Shown: positions 54,543 to 64,000 of the stretch, piece after piece
Position numbering within the stretch: position 1 is the stretch's first letter
Layout of the letters: every line of letters begins with the position of its first letter
Source: Auanema rhodensis
Taxonomy: Eukaryota > Animalia > Nematoda
Assembly (NCBI GenBank): GCA_964057225.1
Contig: OZ059895.1
Span: 16,120,001 to 16,184,000, forward strand
DNA: 64,000 bases
Direction of reading: 5' to 3'
Position numbers and translations under genes: made by a program
The notes under the pieces: model-generated
Told to the model about the DNA's origin: nothing
Database searches by the model: none
Seen by the model: only the letters and a program-made list of their open reading frames with translations

Positions 54543-54909
54543 CAAATTTGTAAAAATTTATTTAATTAACTAATAATTTCACTTTCCTTTATTGTTCTAG
54601 TCTTTAGGAATTGTTTTACAAGATAATTTTTAAGATTTAATCGTGTACAGTAATTAAATGATCTCATTTGATTTGTTTTTAAGTATTTTCAATACATTTA
54701 CACTACACATTTAATCATTAATATCGGTTACAAGAAATTATTTTTAACTTTTCGCGGTTTGTTAAAGTTCAGTAACATTACGATGGGCTAAAATGGTTTG
54801 AAGTTAATATGAATATGTAATGATCTGAATTTCAATTTATAGCTTTGAACTTCGAAAAAGCCACCTTCCAATGTGGTATCATGCTACTTTATGATCTTAG
54901 ATACACTGA

Positions 54910-57900
54910 ATGAAGACAGACAAATGGCTTCCATGTAAGTAGTCTCTTCATGAAATCATGAAACTACTACCATCTCTCTCTTTCTATCTGTCTAGTAGTC
55001 TCTCTCATATCTTCTTGCTTCTCATTGGCAGTATGTTCCCTATTCATAGACCAATGCATTGATCTACGTCCCAGTTGGATGAGAAATAAGGAGAGATGAC
55101 TCAGTCACAGCTTACCAGATGCCGTTGTCGGTCTGTCTCAGCAGCAGCAGCAGCACTAGCAGCAGTAGCAGTAGCACAGCAAGCCAAACAGCTATTTGAG
55201 GGCAGCTGACCGCGTTATAGCACTTGACAACCATGTCGTCATGGTTGTTGTTACTGAAGAAGTAACTCCGTGTTGATCATTGCATTGTTCGAAACATCAC
55301 AATCGAGTGATAAATCAATGAAGTTTATTCTTTTTCGTTTTGTGCAATACATCTGATTGAACTTTTGAGTTGTGATGATTGATTGTTTTAATGCATTGTC
55401 ATCTCGATCTTGTATCTAATATCTTCTACGATTTACTTAAAGCTAAACTCTCATATTCAATTTCTCTTCTATGCATATATCTCTTATTCAATTTCTTCTT
55501 TTTCTGTATTCATAATAATAATATTAACTATTATTAATATAATATTTTATTTCAAATTTGAATGAAAGAAATAATGAAAGATGGCGCGAACGTAAAAAAA
55601 AGTTGCATAACGAGTAAAATAGTTTTGAGCTTATTTCTCTAATAAAACTTTAAAAATTAAAAATTTAATGAATATAAAACTTGAAAAAGCTTACAAGACT
55701 GTTCCTATCAAATTAAACATCCAACCGACATATATATAACACACACCCAGACATACAAGTCCATACAAGGTCATTTAAGGGGGGGGGGGGGGCTGGAGTT
55801 TTACGTTGAAATTGCCTTCTGTGTTAACGCCTATCAGTACATCTTGCCTATATCTTTATCAGTTAGCAATCATGCAATTTTATCGTTATATATGTTATTA
55901 TAATAATATTGAAATTCATTTAGTTTCAATATTTTTTCTTTTTTTTCTTTATTTTGTTTGCTTTTCTTTGCCATATCCATGCATGGACATGTGTCTGTCG
56001 GTCCGCTATTGATTTTCTCCTAATTCGTTTGGCTCCCTCATTTTCTTTCTCTCTCTCTATCTCTCTCTCTCTTTCTCTTTTCTCTTTCATTTCTTCCATA
56101 CATCTTTGACATTTTTGGGAGTTCAGTTAAGCATTTAGTGAGTTGTGTTAAAAAAAATTTCTTAATAACATGCAGATCGGGAGGATTACGTCGAATTTCA
56201 CGTCACGTCTGCATGTGTTATAGGCAATCTGCTTAACCATTTTCGCGTCGCAGACATATAGCTCGGTTGGTTTTTCGGCGCTTTTTTCCTTTTTTATTTT
56301 TTCATTTCATTTTCCATTCTATTCCATCCATCATTTGTTGTTAGCTGGCTGTTGCAGCTCTTCCTCACACATCCATCAGTTATTTTTTTTGCTATTGTTA
56401 TTATTGTTATTGTTGTTTTTGTTGTTGTTGTTGTTGTTGATTGTATGAGCTGAACGTATGCGTATTTTGGGTTGCACAGCTTCTCCATTTGTTTCGTTCA
56501 TCTCTTACTACTTCCTTATAGCAAGAAAATTGGTAGTTATGCTGTGTGCATCTAATATTTCTAAGCTTGACTAAACACATTGCTATAATGGATTGTCTTC
56601 TAAGCAATCACAAAAATTTACATATTCATTTGCATTTATAAAGTTTAATGTCCAATATCTGTGTCTGTATTGTGATATGACAACTTGTCTAATTTCGCTT
56701 TTTTTCTGATGTTTTAACTGATTTTGATGCGAACATATGACAGAAATTCGAGATAAGCTTCTATAACTTCGTTATCCCAAGACAACACAGACATTCTTTT
56801 GCCGACAAAATGAAATGGAAAAAGGATGTACGAATGGTGTGGTCATCATTTCATTTACAATAATCTTTTGTCTGTTCTTATAGCTTTTCTTTACTTATTA
56901 CATTCTTAACTATGTACTAAAGCTATTTCTTCAACTTTCAACTCTCTATCTCTCACCTTCATTCTCTCTTTCCCTTCCTCTCGTATACAAGCTTGTTTGC
57001 CAGAACGAAAATATTTGAAATTCAAAATGAATTGATGTCCATATGAAATATATCAAAATCATTAAATTTGAAATTGAAAATGGACCGTTCAATTTCTCAT
57101 TCTGTCGTGTTCTTCTGACGAAAAATCAGTGTAATAGAGATGGAGAGATGAGATTTTAATGCTGCAAGTGATGAGAGCCTGAACAATGGCTGTGAAGGGA
57201 AAAGGACGAGGCGGGACAGAAACAGATGAATTGAAATGAACGTCGACAGGATCAGGTGGAACTTGGGAGAAGAAGAAGAAGAAGGAGAGGGGGGGGGGGG
57301 TAGAACGGACTAGCTAACAGTCGTGGAGGTGAGACATGAGAAGGTTTTCTTCTCTTTTACTTCTCTTGATATTGCCGTTGTAAATAGCTTTTGAGAAATG
57401 TTATTTCTACAATTTTTGGCTTTTTGTCTTTCGATTCTTTTCTCCCTCTCACTTTCTCCCTTTCCTTTTTTTCTCTCTTTATCTCTCTATCTCACTCTCT
57501 CTCTTTCTCTTTCTCTTTACTAACCTCTCTATATTCTCTTGACCAGCTCTCTGATCATTTCAATTAATTAATCTTAGCTTACACATCTAATTAGTTAACT
57601 TTTATTTTTTCTTTTTAATCGCGTAAGCAAATCTTTAATTGATTTTTTAATTGTAAATTCTTGATTGACAGACCATTTAGTGTTTTGATGAAATATGATT
57701 TGGATTCAACCACTGATATACATGTTTTTTTTTCTATTTTCAATTATCAATTATATCAGTAATTTCTCATATGTGATTGCTACTCCTTTTCAGCTCTCAC
57801 TCTTTCTCTCCCTCTCTCTCTCTCTACTATTCCTCTGTCTTCACGTTGACCTGTGCATTGTTGTCAAGTTTTTTTCTTCACAATCACCAGCTCCAGCACA

Positions 57901-58824
57901 TTTTTTCAATGTCAGTATGCTGACATTGTTCTATTATTTTTTTTATTTGAATTTCGCATACAAATCGGAATATTTCGATTAGCTAAGTCTATTATGCTAT
58001 ATACTTCTGGTTTTCTTCAACTATTAAAGACTAGTTTTCTATGAATAGCTCTATTATAATAATTCTTTTATTACCTTTTCACCCTATATATCATCAATGA
58101 ATGTAATTATTTATATAATTTATATGTTAGTTTAAATGATTATAATATGAAAATACTTTATATGTTGATTATGCAAAATTCAAAATAGATTTGTATATAA
58201 TCATATTCATTGATTAGTTACACGTAAAAGTTTCACGTCAAATTAGCATACGTCAAATTTTAGAATATTAACTCTGAAAACACATGATTTTTTCTTTTTT
58301 TTTTCATCATTTTAAAATTATGTTTATATGTTTTTTTAATTTCTTTTTTTTTTTAAATTATTTATATTTTATCAAGTTGTATATCATCATTTGTCGTTAT
58401 TTTATCTATTTAATTTGTTAAAATTAATTTGTTTTTTTTTCTTCTGGAAATCAAAAAAAAAAACCAAATGTTAGGTTCATAATACTTTGTATAAACTTTC
58501 AAACTTTTAATCGGTTTAAATATCGATTTTAGCTTATATCCATTATTCTTCTGAATCATCTACGAACATCGAAAACCTGACGATGAACAGGAACTGAATA
58601 TTTCAAAAAACAAATTATTATTATATTATTTATATAATTTTTATTATAATTATTATAATTATATTATTAGTTACTTTGAACTTGCTTCATTTTGTCTTTT
58701 CGTCACTTCTCAATTGTTTTTTTTCTCAGTTTGTCATCTCATTTCTAAGATTACAAATGTTCAGAAGTACGTATGTAATATGATCTAGAAGTATGGCCAT
58801 TTAAAGAATCTATTGAATGAAGAA
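54910..58824 (+). other. Candidate 5' extension of WDR47: exons 54910-54934, 58730-58770 and 58807-58824 with a 3.8-kb first intron
   Basis: Donor T|GTAAGT at 54935, acceptor T-run-CTCAG at 58729, donor GTATGT at 58771 and acceptor AAG at 58806 join in frame: MKTDKWLPFCHLISKITNVQKYNLLNEE-MPGKPSQ. Confidence 0.5.
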
Positions 58825-63087
<4,263 letters not shown>

Positions 63088-64000
63088 TAGTTGAGAAGAA
63101 GAACAAACAAGACAACTTGAATACAAAAAACAAAAACTAAAACATTTTGCCTTATATCCATATGCAGGTTTAAACCCCAAAAAAAATATAATTTTCATCA
63201 TAAAATTATTTCAAATTAGGTATAATGATTGATAATGTTGTGTTTCATAAGCTTCATATGCTTCATTCTCCTAATCACTCGCCATTCGTCACAATTCTTC
63301 TTCTTTTTTTTTAATTTTAATTAATTATAATAATATAATGAGCTTTTAGCATATATGTATATGTATAATATTATGTATCTAAGCATCTAATGTCATTTAT
63401 TTAAGTTCTTCTTTTGCTATTTGTTGCCTTCTTTTACAGGAAGTTTTACGGGAATTTCATTTTGCTTTCTCTCAGTGCCATCCTTCTTTTTTCTTTTTCT
63501 TTTTAAATTTGCAAACTATGAATCTATTAGTTTTTATAAACAATAACAACAACAAAAAAAAACAAATAATAATAATAATAAATTTTTTTTTGTTTTAGTC
63601 AAGTTTCAAGTTTGAAATTCAAAGATTACTCGTAAGGTTGCAAGAACATGCAAGTATGTATATATGAAGATCAAAACGTTCAGATTTTTTGAAATTGAAA
63701 ACCATAGACACACAAGCTCTGTACTGTCGTCAATTGCTTATCACGATCTAAGCTGGAACTGTTTGATAAGACAAGAGCCAAAAGAGTAAAAGTCCCAATT
63801 GTTCGACTTTGATTATGAAAATACATTGAATCTTATCAATTCAGGATGTGCGGCTCCTTTAGATTTTATTCTCGTTCGATATATAAATTGCATAGTTAGC
63901 TAGCTATACAGACAGTGTTATTCAGGATGGGCTTGTCAAACACGGCTCTCGTCTTACTTCTAATTCCAGCAGTTGTATCTGCTGTATGTCCCAGTGGATC

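Noticed and set aside
63820-64000. Possible 3' end of a minus-strand gene at the window edge
   Set aside because: Too short, no recognisable domain, and the frame is ambiguous.

Overview
AT-rich eukaryotic DNA from a rhabditid-type nematode (inferred from a nematode tRNA-Asp, an srt chemoreceptor, and unc-101, lpd-3, MTERF4 and WDR47 orthologues). The window has three compartments. (1) 1-13.4 kb: two inverted arms, each carrying an inward-pointing tRNA-Asp(GTC), bracket a degenerate membrane-protein fragment, an intact srt-family chemoreceptor gene and a 9.7-kb array of 48 dyad-rich satellite units of exactly 200 bp with a higher-order duplication. (2) 14.5-35 kb: a long-intron C2H2 zinc-finger gene on the minus strand, full of strand-biased GA/TC microsatellites and G-tracts. 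(3) 35.6-63.1 kb: a compact block, mter-4 <- unc-101 <-> lpd-3 -> WDR47, that looks like two divergent operons, with many ~45-nt introns that often use AAG acceptors. All exon models were assembled by eye, and family calls rest on remembered protein motifs, not on searches.
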